A stretch of 64,000 nucleotides of DNA. Origin: a bacterium (GTDB lineage Bacteria > UBA9089 > JASEGY01). The notes beneath the pieces were generated by a model. It saw only the letters and a list, made by a program, of their open reading frames with translations, made no database searches and was not told the DNA's origin. Both the position numbers and the translations under genes were made by a program. The stretch is taken from the NCBI GenBank assembly GCA_040753085.1, contig JBFMHI010000002.1, positions 4,087 through 68,086 on the forward strand, read 5' to 3'. Shown one piece after another: positions 7,499 to 16,188 of the stretch (the stretch's first letter is position 1; each line of letters begins with the position of its first letter).

Positions 7499-10291
7499 TC
7501 AACCGGCTTCTTCTCTAAAGACGTTAACCCGGTTGCGTCCCTCTTGTTTGGCTTGATATAAGGCCTTATCGGCTCTTTCAAAAAGTTCTTTTTTGGATGG
7601 GGCAGGAAAGGCCGATACGCCTAAGCTGGCTGACAAAGGGATTGTTTTATCATTAATGGCATAAGGATGTTTAGCTATGGCCTCTCTAATCCTTTCGGCC
7701 ACCTGAGCGGCTTCCTCTTTAATCGTTTCCGGGAGGATGGCCCCAAATTCATCTCCCCCAAAGCGGGCTAAATAGTCTACCGCTCTTATTTGCCGACCGA
7801 CAATATCGGCGATGGTTTTGATCAGCCGATTTCCTTCTTCATGGCCGTAGCGGTCGTTTATCTCTTTTAAGTAATCGAAGTCTAACATAATAAAGGAAAG
7901 GGCGCGGTTGAATTTCCTGGCCCGTTCAAATTCGGCCTCTAATAGACGGTCAAAATAGCGGAAATTGTAAGTCCCAGTCAGCTCATCCCTTTCCGCTTGC
8001 TTCTTGGTCTCGGCAAAAAGCCTGGCCCGGTCGGTGGCTACTCCGGTTTGACTGGCAATAATGGCTATTAACCTCCGATCCAGGGCCGTATATTGATTTC
8101 TCTCTAAATGCTCGATATCTAAAAGTCCAGTGATTACCCCCTTTTCTTTTATCGGGGCAGTAATGAAGGACTTCATTTCTTCCTGGGTAACGGATCCCAA
8201 GACCTCGTATTCACTTTCTTTAATGGAAAACTTGATCTTCCTTTTCTCATCAGGATGAAATTTTTGCCAGGCGCTATTGAGTCGTTCCTCTACGCCTCTT
8301 CGACAGTTTATATCCAGGGGACAGGTTTCCTTTATCTTTCCTATAAGCCGGCCTTCGTCCTCCAGAACATAGGCCCCAAGGTGATAGTCAAAATAAGGCC
8401 TCATCTTTTCCATTACTATTTCTAAAATCCCCTCTGGTGCTTTCATCGGGGCAATCTCTTTGATCGTCTCATAGAGAAGTTTAAGCTCACGGGCCTCGGC
8501 TCTTATCTGGCCCAATTCCTCTTTCTCCTGCCGAAGTCTGTCTAAGCTTTCGGCATAGATCTGTCTGGTTTCCTCATCCGGAGCCTCTTCGTATTGTTTT
8601 TCCGTCTCAGTGATTTCATCCTCCAGGCCAAAGAGCCTGGAGGCTCGCTTGGCCTCCTCTTCCCAGCCTTTTATTTCATCTGTTTGTTCTTTGAGTCTGG
8701 CCTCTTTTTGCTTCAATTCGTCTCCCAGTTTAGCCTTCTCCTCAATAAACCGGATTTGGTCTGTATCTCTTTGTCTTTCAAGCAATTGCATTTCTTTAAT
8801 CTTTTCTTCCAGCCTTTGTCTCTCCTCCTGGATTTTATTCTGATATTCAGCGATTTCCTGGGCCATCCTTTCTGTTTCTTCCCGGGCCTTCTGTCTCAAT
8901 ACCTCTGTTTCCGTCCTTACCCTTTCTTCTACCTCTTCGGCGTATTTGGCCCTTAAGGCAGCCGCCTCTTGTTCTATTTTAGCCCTTTCCGTTTGAATTT
9001 GAGCTTTCAGACCCCTCATTTCTTCCTGAAGCACGGCCAATTGGACGGACTTCTCTTCCGCCTTTTGCCTTTCTTCATCAGCGGCCGCCGCTAATCTTTC
9101 CATCTCGGCCTTTAACCCGGCCAATTCTTCTGCCCGGACGGCGGCCTGCTTTTGCTCAGCCCAGGCCACCGCCTTAGCCTCTTCTAATTCCGCCACCCTT
9201 TTAGCTACTTCAGCCGCTTTCTCTTCCTGGGCCCGGCAATATTCCACCATCCCCTCTACGGCTGATCCAATGTAACCGGTCACCTTAGCCAAAGAACTTA
9301 TATCATTTTCATTAAAGGCCCTTCGGGTAGCCTCATTGTTGATATTCAAGGCCCCCACCACCTTATCCCTTATTTTAAGAGGAGATATCATCAGGGATTT
9401 GGTGTAGTACTTCTTCTTACTCCTTTTGATCCCAAAACGGGGGTCTTTCTCAATATCTTCCACCAGAAGGGGGGCGCCTGTTTTAATCACATGTCCTACA
9501 ATCCCCTCACCATATTTTAACCTGGTGCGTTTAATAATTTCATCTTCCAGCCCCACCGCGGCTTTAATAGTAATATCGCCTGTTTCTTCATCCATGACCA
9601 TTAGGGAACAGATCCTGGAATTCATGGCCCTGGTAGCTAAATCGACTACCAGGGCATAGAATTGCTCCGGCGCCAGATCAATGAGCAGGTCTCTGTTGAG
9701 CTTGAAGATGTCATAAAACTGCCTGGTGGCATCAATTTCAACATTTTCTTCCGTCAGCCTTTCTCCAGCGATAATAAGGTCTATGGAAGCCTGGGCCAAA
9801 AGACTGACTAATTCCGCCTCTTTCCTTAGCTTAGCCAGAGAAGCCGCCGGAGCGCCCTCAATGGCCGCTAAAAATTCCTCTTCCTTAAGCTCTAACTCCC
9901 TGGCCGTCTTTTGATAGACTTCCCTCTCCTGTTCCGATTCGATTACCTGACAGCAGCCGATAACCCCCAGCATCTCTTTATCCACCATAATGGGACTGTT
10001 AAAAGTAAGAAAACCAGCCGGACATGGACCGATGGCCACTTTTCTCTCTTCTTTGATCCTCTGCAAGGCGGCCAGAAAGGTCTCTTCACATTGTTTGCTT
10101 CCCTTGGCCCTTTCTTTGATCATCTTACAGTAAGGATGATCTTCCTTCTCCCGGTAGATAAAGTCTCCCCTTTCATCACCTACCCAACAGTAAACCGAAC
10201 CCAGCTTGTGAAGAAGTATCTCCCGGATGGTCCTCTGCCACATAGTGCTGTCCACAAAATCCTTCAGGTGTCTTTTTATCTTTATATCCAT
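7499..10291 (-). CDS. GGDEF diguanylate cyclase with GAF domain(s) and a roughly 250-aa E/K/A/R-rich coiled coil
   Basis: C-terminal RFGGDEF motif with a typical cyclase context; GAF-like segments; long central heptad-like charged repeat region. Confidence 0.85.
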   Translation of the reverse strand: MDIKIKRHLKDFVDSTMWQRTIREILLHKLGSVYCWVGDERGDFIYREKEDHPYCKMIKERAKGSKQCEETFLAALQRIKEERKVAIGPCPAGFLTFNSPIMVDKEMLGVIGCCQVIESEQEREVYQKTARELELKEEEFLAAIEGAPAASLAKLRKEAELVSLLAQASIDLIIAGERLTEENVEIDATRQFYDIFKLNRDLLIDLAPEQFYALVVDLATRAMNSRICSLMVMDEETGDITIKAAVGLEDEIIKRTRLKYGEGIVGHVIKTGAPLLVEDIEKDPRFGIKRSKKKYYTKSLMISPLKIRDKVVGALNINNEATRRAFNENDISSLAKVTGYIGSAVEGMVEYCRAQEEKAAEVAKRVAELEEAKAVAWAEQKQAAVRAEELAGLKAEMERLAAAADEERQKAEEKSVQLAVLQEEMRGLKAQIQTERAKIEQEAAALRAKYAEEVEERVRTETEVLRQKAREETERMAQEIAEYQNKIQEERQRLEEKIKEMQLLERQRDTDQIRFIEEKAKLGDELKQKEARLKEQTDEIKGWEEEAKRASRLFGLEDEITETEKQYEEAPDEETRQIYAESLDRLRQEKEELGQIRAEARELKLLYETIKEIAPMKAPEGILEIVMEKMRPYFDYHLGAYVLEDEGRLIGKIKETCPLDINCRRGVEERLNSAWQKFHPDEKRKIKFSIKESEYEVLGSVTQEEMKSFITAPIKEKGVITGLLDIEHLERNQYTALDRRLIAIIASQTGVATDRARLFAETKKQAERDELTGTYNFRYFDRLLEAEFERARKFNRALSFIMLDFDYLKEINDRYGHEEGNRLIKTIADIVGRQIRAVDYLARFGGDEFGAILPETIKEEAAQVAERIREAIAKHPYAINDKTIPLSASLGVSAFPAPSKKELFERADKALYQAKQEGRNRVNVFREEAG

Positions 10292-10310
10292 GTTCTCACT
10301 ATTTTCTTCA

Positions 10311-10414
10311 GTAACTATTCAGGTGGATAGGCTGAAGGCTTTTAGAAATAAATACGGAGGGCATATTATTGGACTTCAGCCTTCAGTCTTCAGCCTATCT
10401 ACCTGAGTAGATAC
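10311..10414. repeat. hairpin element of the CTGAAGG heptamer family (imperfect termini GTAACTATTCAGG / CCTGAGTAGATAC)
   Basis: Inverted heptamer arrays gctgaagg / cttcagccttcagtcttcagcc; related copies at 46010-46137 and 54783-54851. Confidence 0.6.
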
Positions 10415-10422
10415 AGCTTGCC

Positions 10423-11055
10423 TTAGATAACGGGCGAGGGTTTTAGCGGGATGTTTCGAAGCATTGCCCTAGAGGTTAAAGAAAAATCAGCTTTTCCGTC
10501 TTGGTTAGTATCCACCTCGATCTCGACCTTTATCTGGCGAATGTTAATGAGGCTCGTCGGCGGTGAAGGAAGGGTGTCGCCCTTAATATCAAGGTAGGTA
10601 AGGCTGAAACCAAGAATGTTGTCGGCAATGGTAGCATTAATGGTAGTTCCTCCCAGGCTCGGGTCCAATTGGTCAACTCTCTGAATATGCCCGGTAGGAT
10701 CTAATGGATCAGGCTTTTCAAAAGAGTATGTGATGGTATGGGTATCGGGGAGAGCAGTATCAGAGGGATTATCATCAACCAATTTTTCGAATACGATGGA
10801 ACTTGTCTCGGCTTTAAGAATGTTACGTAATCTCCTTAGTTCGGGAATGATCCCCGGGTTTTTGACCTCTCTATGAATATCCCCATTCAGAGCCAGCCTG
10901 GCCTTCTGGACCGCATAGGCCTTACTCTCTCCACTTACCCAAGACTTAAGCTCGAAACTAAAAAAAGCCGCTATACTCAAGACTATAATCGCCAGGATAA
11001 CCGCCGTGATAATAACTTCTATCATCGTAAAGCCGGGCTCTCTTCTCATCGCCAT
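10423..11055 (-). CDS. prepilin-type N-terminal cleavage/methylation domain protein (pseudopilin, PilW/GspJ-like)
   Basis: N-terminus MAMRREPGFTMIEVIITAVILAIIVL carries the class III signal motif GFTMIEV followed by a hydrophobic helix. Confidence 0.7.
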   Translation of the reverse strand: MAMRREPGFTMIEVIITAVILAIIVLSIAAFFSFELKSWVSGESKAYAVQKARLALNGDIHREVKNPGIIPELRRLRNILKAETSSIVFEKLVDDNPSDTALPDTHTITYSFEKPDPLDPTGHIQRVDQLDPSLGGTTINATIADNILGFSLTYLDIKGDTLPSPPTSLINIRQIKVEIEVDTNQDGKADFSLTSRAMLRNIPLKPSPVI

Positions 11056-11099
11056 TTTCTCCTTGTATTAGTCCTCAGGGCAATCACCCCAAATTTTAT

Positions 11100-11283
11100 C
11101 GACCTGTATGGTTAGCTTAACCTTACTCACATCTTTTAAAAACCACGAAGCACACGAAGCACACGAAGAATTATAGAACAAATCTTTTAATCCCATTTAC
11201 CTTACCCTTAAATTACTTTCTTCGTGAACTTCGTGTTCTTTGTGGTTTATTTTTGCTTTTCCCTACCTAATCATACAGGTCGA
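11100..11283. mobile_element. MITE-like element with TIR CGACCTGTATGGTTA / TAATCATACAGGTCG, internal CACGAAG heptamer arrays and an 8-bp TSD AATTTTAT
   Basis: AATTTTAT is present immediately on both sides (11092-11099 and 11284-11291). The TIR is related to the 33216-33473 element; the internal arrays ccacgaagcacacgaagcacacgaag / cttcgtgaacttcgtg are inverted relative to each other. Confidence 0.65.
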
Positions 11284-11311
11284 ATTTTATTTTTAGCTTT
11301 TAGGCGGGTCA

Positions 11312-11623
11312 TTACTTTCGCTCGACAATAACCGCCACTGTGCATGAATAGGTATCATCTTCACCTACTATGGTAAAGGAATCCGACCCAGCACCATGGA
11401 CTATCTTATACCAGAAATCAGGATCGTTTTCAAGCCGCCATTCGGCCCTATCAGCCCCTCCCTCAGCCACGGGTAAAGTATGCACTAGCTTTTCATCGAA
11501 CTCTGTCCTCTTTAACTCAGAGGTGAACAGAAAGGTATAACCCAGGGCCAGAATGGCCAGGATGGCTATACTCACCACCACCACGATTAAAACCATTCCC
11601 TTTTCACTATTTGACTTAGTCAT
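11312..11623 (-). CDS. small pilin-like protein (N-terminal hydrophobic prepilin-like segment)
   Basis: MTKSNSEKGMVLIVVVVSIAILAILALGYTF; it lies within the pseudopilin cluster. Confidence 0.5.
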   Translation of the reverse strand: MTKSNSEKGMVLIVVVVSIAILAILALGYTFLFTSELKRTEFDEKLVHTLPVAEGGADRAEWRLENDPDFWYKIVHGAGSDSFTIVGEDDTYSCTVAVIVERK

Positions 11624-11634
11624 ACTTCCACTCC

Positions 11635-12081
11635 TTAAAAATTAAGATAGGTAACGGCTTGTCTTTCTCTATCTACGTTATCTTCCTGCCAGTCTATCTT
11701 TACCTCTACTTTCAAATAATCCCTTGAGTCCGGGATATTGGCGGGCGCTATAGTATCAGTCTCGTCATTCCAATAGTTGACAAAGATGGTCATAGTGGCC
11801 GGATTATCTATGGGGACTGTCACGTTGTAATCGATGTCAGGCACTCCTATTTGCCAATTATTATTAGGATCCACAAACCATTTCCCCCCCCTACCTCTAA
11901 GTTCCTCCATTTCTTCTTCGATCATATGGGTAGCTCTCAGGGCTGTTTTGGTTCTGACGGTCAGGATGCTTCCATGCCGGAACAAGGCGGCCACGGCCAA
12001 GACCACTAACATCAAGATAGCTACCGCTATCACACTCCCAATCAATCCAATACCTTTTTCCGCCTTCCAGTGGTGAGCCAT
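11635..12081 (-). CDS. pilin-like protein (PilV-like); start taken at MAHHWKAEKG, 2 bp after the upstream stop
   Basis: KGIGLIGSVIAVAILMLVV prepilin-like segment. The track ORF extends to 12177, but that overlaps the upstream gene; the internal Met at 12081 fits better. Confidence 0.55.
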   Translation of the reverse strand: MAHHWKAEKGIGLIGSVIAVAILMLVVLAVAALFRHGSILTVRTKTALRATHMIEEEMEELRGRGGKWFVDPNNNWQIGVPDIDYNVTVPIDNPATMTIFVNYWNDETDTIAPANIPDSRDYLKVEVKIDWQEDNVDRERQAVTYLNF

Positions 12082-12082
12082 C

Positions 12083-13267
12083 TTAATCCAACCCCCGAAT
12101 CCAATTAATAAACCTTGCCGGAACCCCTTTTTGTTCATACCAACGGTCCGGGATAAAGTATTCCGGCTGAAACACACTTACTTTCCCCTCAATTATTACT
12201 GTCCTTTCTGCCTTACCATAAATGCCGATGGAGGTAATGGTTGCCCTCATCGACACAAAGGGATCAACTACGTAAGGCTCTTTGTCTCTTACAAAGTATA
12301 AGGCGTTGCCGGCCAGATCAAACCCCCGCTCATCTTCGCCTACTTCATTAATTGGCGGTGGTGGGTTAATGTATTCTCCATTACCAAAGGGTGCTTCCCA
12401 AGAACCCCACTTGTTTGTATTATTATTCCATTTTCTGGTATACCAATAGAGATCATAATTTTCTGGGCCTTTTCGATTAGAGGCGAAAAAGAGATATTTT
12501 CCGTCAGGAGAAATTGATACGTCCTCCTCGTTATAGTCTGTATTAATTTTATAGTTTGGATTAATTGGCTCCGGCACTAACGCCGGGGTTCCCCAGGTAT
12601 CGGCAATTGAATTCCGACGTGTAACCCAGATGTTCCTATCCTCATCCTTCCCTTTCTTTGGCTGATTGAAAGGGTTACTCCGGTCCCTATCAGAGGCAAA
12701 AAAGAGTTCCAGGCCATCAGTCGATATCCCCGCATCATTATCCTCAACGTCGTTGTGGGCGTAAACATTTAATTCACTCAGTTGTCTGGGTGGCCCCCAT
12801 TTGGCTTTAGTGGCATCCCACTCACTTTGCCAGAGTCTCTTTTTGTGGCTAACGGGTGGGGATGACCGTTTGGATTCCCAGATAAGGATGGTGCCATCCC
12901 CATTCATAGTAGGGGAAAAGTCCGGGCTATCTGTGTTTATATCTCCAGTAACACATATATCATTCAAATTGGTCCCGCTATCCCAGGGATCATCTTTCGA
13001 GGTTCTGGTGAACATCCATAGATCCCAGTTCCTCTTTGGTTGATAACCCTTACAATCATTAAGCCCAATAACCATTTTGGTCTGATCGTCTGTTACCGCC
13101 ATTTTCCCAACTCCGTGACAATTGGCGCTGCCATGATGCGTAAAATCTATAATTTCTTCAATCCTCCTCGGCTCTTCCCAGACTATCTCCATCCCTGAGG
13201 CGCCTCCCGGCAAGACCACCAGCAGCAGCCCCCAAAAGACTAAACATTCAGCCCACTTTTTCTTCAT
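12083..13267 (-). CDS. secreted TolB-like WD40/PD40 beta-propeller repeat protein
   Basis: Signal peptide MKKKWAECLVFWGLLLVVLPGGASG; PD40-like repeats (ISPDGKYLFFASNR, STDGLELFFASDRD). Confidence 0.7.
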   Translation of the reverse strand: MKKKWAECLVFWGLLLVVLPGGASGMEIVWEEPRRIEEIIDFTHHGSANCHGVGKMAVTDDQTKMVIGLNDCKGYQPKRNWDLWMFTRTSKDDPWDSGTNLNDICVTGDINTDSPDFSPTMNGDGTILIWESKRSSPPVSHKKRLWQSEWDATKAKWGPPRQLSELNVYAHNDVEDNDAGISTDGLELFFASDRDRSNPFNQPKKGKDEDRNIWVTRRNSIADTWGTPALVPEPINPNYKINTDYNEEDVSISPDGKYLFFASNRKGPENYDLYWYTRKWNNNTNKWGSWEAPFGNGEYINPPPPINEVGEDERGFDLAGNALYFVRDKEPYVVDPFVSMRATITSIGIYGKAERTVIIEGKVSVFQPEYFIPDRWYEQKGVPARFINWIRGLD

Positions 13268-13300
13268 AATGATCTACCTCCTTAATCTTATTTTAGCCCC

Positions 13301-13918
13301 TCACCAATATCTTCCTACGTAATCTTCAAACAGCCTGCTTACCTCTTCCGGATTTACACGGTCATCTCTCTCTTCAATTACATCCGCCAACTTTTGCTTA
13401 AACTCTTCTTCCTCGGTCTCAGTCATACCCCGGTCAGGATACCTTTGTCTAAGTTCACTGGCCTCCTGGCTGATCTCCTCCAATCTCTTTTCAAACCGCT
13501 CTTTCCTCCTTTTGGCGATTTCCCCTATTTTAAAAGGTATCTCGACATATTTCCTCATCAACCTGTCTTTCTCTTGTTCGGAAAAAGAAGAACCAGGCCC
13601 TCTCAGGATATCTTCCAGTCTCTCCCTGAGCCGCCTGAATCCGGCTTCCTTCCGGTACGGGCTAATATCCCTTTGTCCCAATTTCTCGGCTTCCTGGGCC
13701 AGCTCTTCCATCTCCTCCTTCATCGCCGAAACGGCCCGGGATGATCTTTCTCCTTGCCACCCCTCTTTCCTCGCGACATCCTCTTCTCTCCCGGTCTCTA
13801 TGGTAGAGTCTCCGCTGGCCGATGAAGGGGGAGGCATTTCCTCTCTGGCGCAACTCAGGGTCAAAAGTAGAATTAGTAACCATAAGCCGGTGGTCTTTTT
13901 TCTCTTTCTGGAAAACAC
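13301..13918 (-). CDS. hypothetical highly charged lipoprotein (coiled-coil)
   Basis: Signal peptide with LTLSC lipobox; E/K/R-rich helical sequence. Confidence 0.5.
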   Translation of the reverse strand: MFSRKRKKTTGLWLLILLLTLSCAREEMPPPSSASGDSTIETGREEDVARKEGWQGERSSRAVSAMKEEMEELAQEAEKLGQRDISPYRKEAGFRRLRERLEDILRGPGSSFSEQEKDRLMRKYVEIPFKIGEIAKRRKERFEKRLEEISQEASELRQRYPDRGMTETEEEEFKQKLADVIEERDDRVNPEEVSRLFEDYVGRYW

Positions 13919-13923
13919 GAATT

Positions 13924-14038
13924 AATCGCGAATCGCGGATCGCGAATTGCGAATTAAAAAATAGATTCGCGATTCGCAATTCGAGATTCGCGATTCGATA
14001 TGAATGCTTCCTACATTTTCTTCATAACTTTATATTCT
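13924..14038. repeat. ATTCGCG/AATCGCG heptamer array followed by an approximately 80-bp unit (copy 1)
   Basis: aatcgcgaatcgcggatcgcgaattgcgaatt, then aaaaaatagattcgcgattcgcaattcgagattcgcgattcgatatgaatgcttcc...cattttcttcataacttt. Confidence 0.7.
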
Positions 14039-14070
14039 GAGAAATGTTAAATAAAGCGTCTTCTTCCTTT

Positions 14071-14215
14071 CTACTCCGCCAGGTGCTTGTCTATGAATGA
14101 TCCTTTGGCATATTCCAAGGAATCCAGATCGAGCCACCTGACGACATTATCAGGCAGATAATTCAGGAAGAATTCCTTCGCCGTGTCCCGGCGAGTAAAG
14201 ACCTCTTTGAAAAAA
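14071..14215 (-). pseudogene. N-terminal fragment of an Rpn-family (YhgA/transposase_31-like PD-(D/E)XK) recombination-promoting nuclease
   Basis: Minus-strand translation ...FFKEVFTRRDTAKEFFLNYLPDNVVRWLDLDSLEYAKGSFIDKHLAE* matches the conserved Rpn N-terminus (F.K.F....A.DFL...LP......LDL.TL.LE..SFI). It is truncated after about 45 aa and flanked by direct repeats. Confidence 0.45.
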
Positions 14216-14221
14216 CGGTTA

Positions 14222-14298
14222 CAAAAATAGATTCGCGATTCGCAATTCGAGATTCGCGATCCGATATGAATGCTTCCGGCATTTTCTTCATAACTTTG
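14222..14298. repeat. copy 2 of the approximately 80-bp ATTCGCG-containing unit (direct repeat of 13956-14038)
   Basis: Near-identical sequence: aaaaatagattcgcgattcgcaattcgagattcgcgatccgatatgaatgcttcc.gcattttcttcataacttt. Confidence 0.7.
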
Positions 14299-14408
14299 AC
14301 GGGAAACATGTTTCATTATAGCATATTCATTTAAAACTGTCAAGAAGGTTTCCCACCTTTCCCGCCACATAGAACCAAAAAAATTGTTCGGTTTATTAAT
14401 TTTTTCTC

Positions 14409-14437
14409 TTGACAGGGGATGGCAATTATGATAAATT
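14409..14437 (+). promoter_or_regulatory. candidate sigma70 promoter TTGACA-17-TAAATT upstream of rpmG
   Basis: ttgacaggggatggcaattatgataaatt. Confidence 0.4.
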
Positions 14438-14480
14438 AGCCTTCGTATGTGAGGTCTAAAAGGAGGAGGACTATCCTGCT

Positions 14481-14630
14481 ATGCGGGAGATGATTATTAT
14501 TGCTTGCACTGGATGCAAGAGGAGAAATTATACCACGACGAAAAATAAAAAAAAGCATAGTGAGAAGTTAGAGCTGAAGAAGTTTTGTAGATTCTGTCAA
14601 GCCCACGTTCTCCATCGGGAAACAAAGTAA
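14481..14630 (+). CDS. rpmG: 50S ribosomal protein L33 (zinc-ribbon type)
   Basis: Own translation [49 protein letters not shown]; two CxxC pairs; RBS aaaaggagga; canonical position before tRNA-Trp and secE. Not in the ORF track (under 60 aa). Confidence 0.8.
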   Translation: MREMIIIACTGCKRRNYTTTKNKKKHSEKLELKKFCRFCQAHVLHRETK

Positions 14631-14723
14631 ATTTGTATCTTCTCAATAAAAGAGATAAAGATAACTCCATCTCAAATCTCTATCTCTATCTGACCTTGAG
14701 AGGAATAAATTTCCTGCCGTCGT

Positions 14724-14797
14724 AGGCCAGTAGCTCTAACGGCTAGAGCACCGGACTCCAAATCCGGGTGTTGCGGGTTCGAATCCTGCCTGGCCTG
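14724..14797 (+). tRNA. tRNA-Trp (anticodon CCA)
   Basis: Hand-folded cloverleaf: acceptor AGGCCAG/CTGGCCT, D-arm GCTC/GAGC, anticodon stem CCGGA/TCCGG with loop CTCCAAA, T-arm GCGGG-TTCGAAT-CCTGC, discriminator G; no encoded CCA. Conserved rpmG-tRNA-Trp-secE context. Confidence 0.85.
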
Positions 14798-14861
14798 CTT
14801 ACTCTTAAGCAAGGTGATATGTGTTGGGGATAATAGGAAAGGGGATATTTATGTCTCTGAA

Positions 14862-15070
14862 ATACTCGATACTCGATACTCGATGCTCGATACTCGATGT
14901 TCGATACTGGATATTGGATCCTTTACTAGCCTCGAGCATCGAGGATCGAGCATCGAGCATCGAGGATCGAGGATCGAGCATCGAGGATCGAGCATCGAGC
15001 ATCGAGGATCGAGGATCGAGGATCGAGGATCGAGCATCGAGGATCGAGGATCGAGCATCGAGCATCCAGC
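14862..15070. repeat. CATCGAG-family heptamer hairpin (left array CTCGATR about 6 units, centre GGATCCTTTACTAGCC, right array about 20 units of CATCGAG/GATCGAG)
   Basis: Directly visible tandem heptamers; it lacks the outer GTAACCGTTCA termini seen at other copies. Confidence 0.7.
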
Positions 15071-15073
15071 CTA

Positions 15074-15301
15074 ATGGCAAAGAGAGAAGAAATGAAAGAA
15101 AAGATAGATAGGTTAAAGAAGTTTTTAAAGGAAGTCTGGTTGGAAGTAACCCCTTCTCATGGCAAGGTGGCCTGGCCTTCTCGAAAAATGATCGTGGGGT
15201 CAACTACTGTTGTCTTTATTGCCGTGGCGATCATCAGTGTTTATATCGGTCTGGTAGATGTCATTCTATCCAAGACCATAAATTTTATTATTAGCAGGTG
15301 A
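15074..15301 (+). CDS. secE: preprotein translocase subunit SecE
   Basis: 75 aa with a single C-terminal TM helix and the KVxWPSRKM motif; position before nusG. Confidence 0.8.
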   Translation: MAKREEMKEKIDRLKKFLKEVWLEVTPSHGKVAWPSRKMIVGSTTVVFIAVAIISVYIGLVDVILSKTINFIISR

Positions 15302-15311
15302 GACGATGGTC

Positions 15312-15421
15312 ATCGTTTCGGCCATTTTTCGCAAGCCTCTGGTAGCCGGGTGTTGGGTGGTCTAGTAGGCGGAAGAGCAGGCCACCAAAGACCCGGTGGC
15401 CAGAGGGCTTTGCGTAAATGG
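15312..15421 (+). other. long imperfect hairpin spanning the secE-nusG spacer and the nusG start codon
   Basis: Perfect 16-bp IR ATCGTTTCGGCCATTT (15312-15327) / AAATGGCCGAAACGAT (15406-15421) plus inner IR GCAAGCCTCTGGTAGCCGGGTG / CACCAAAGACCCGGTGGCCAGAGGGCTTTGC; the nusG ATG at 15418 lies in the right arm. Confidence 0.5.
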
Positions 15422-15990
15422 CCGAAACGATAATCAAAGCCGCCGGTGATAATCTAAGGATGGAAAAGTCGTGGTATGTGGTTCATACCTATTCAGGGTA
15501 TGAGAATAAGGTTAAAAACAATCTGGAACGCCGCTTGAAAACGATGGGGCTGGCCGATAAAATTGAAGATATTCTTATCCCCACGGAAGAAGTTGAAGAA
15601 AAAAAAGGGGGCAAGAAAAGGATTACCACCAAGAAATTCTTTCCCGGGTATATCCTGGTCAAAATGGTTATGACAGACGATGCCTGGTATATTGTCCGTC
15701 ATACGCCTGGTGTCTTTGGTTTTATTGGCCAACAGAATAAACCGGTGCCTCTCAAGGAAGAGGATGTTAAAAATATCCTGCATCAGATTGATTTAGGTGA
15801 AACCCGAGTGGGAGCTAAGGTGGCCTTTGAAGAGGGTGAAAGTATTAAAGTGGTGGAAGGGCCTTTTACCAATTTTGTGGGGGAAGTGAAAGAGATCAAT
15901 CTCAAGCAGAACAAGGTAAAGGTAATGATGAACATCCTGGGTCGTCTCACGCCGGTGGAGCTGGAGTTTGGGCAGGTGGAGAAATTATAA
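15418..15990 (+). CDS. nusG: transcription termination/antitermination factor NusG
   Basis: NGN region plus KOW motif IKVVEGPFTNFVGEV. Confidence 0.95.
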   Translation: MAETIIKAAGDNLRMEKSWYVVHTYSGYENKVKNNLERRLKTMGLADKIEDILIPTEEVEEKKGGKKRITTKKFFPGYILVKMVMTDDAWYIVRHTPGVFGFIGQQNKPVPLKEEDVKNILHQIDLGETRVGAKVAFEEGESIKVVEGPFTNFVGEVKEINLKQNKVKVMMNILGRLTPVELEFGQVEKL

Positions 15991-16007
15991 TTTATTGGTA
16001 ACTACTC

Positions 16008-16181
16008 AGCCTCTATATAGTAGCCTTACCTAGCGAAACCACAACATATTGTGTTTAGGTGTTTAAAAGTTAGCTAAAATTCCTAAAAAACGGCTTTCTA
16101 TGCAACCTATAAAAGGAGACGAACCACAATATATTGTGTTCTGTAAGCTTCAAAATCAATATGTGGTGGCTGAGTAGTTAC
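16008..16181. mobile_element. MITE-like hairpin element with TIR GTAACTACTCAGCC / GGCTGAGTAGTTAC and a perfect 8-bp TSD ATTTATTG
   Basis: ATTTATTG at 16000-16007 and 16182-16189; internal palindromic units aaccacaacatattgtgtt and aaccacaatatattgtgtt. Confidence 0.7.
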
Positions 16182-16188
16182 ATTTATT

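Noticed and set aside
8594-9914. Plus-strand track ORFs inside the GGDEF gene region (8594-8956, 8610-8843, 9426-9659 and 9726-9914)
   Set aside because: Low-complexity antisense frames of the coiled-coil-coding region; the minus-strand gene is unambiguous.
13920-14000. ATTCGCG heptamer array as an operator or binding-site array for a regulator
   Set aside because: The same heptamers recur flanking MITEs at 17385-17612, and the unit is part of an 80-bp duplicated segment. It is more parsimoniously another member of the heptamer-repeat population than a specific operator.
14805-15203. Track ORFs translating SSIEHRGSSIE/LDPRSSMLD-type peptides (14805-15203, 14814-15074, 14821-15111 and 14849-15058; also 32729 N-terminus, 48742-48950, 61404-61755)
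   Set aside because: These are pure translations of the CATCGAG/CTCGATG heptamer arrays in several frames and strands; they are repeat artefacts, not genes.
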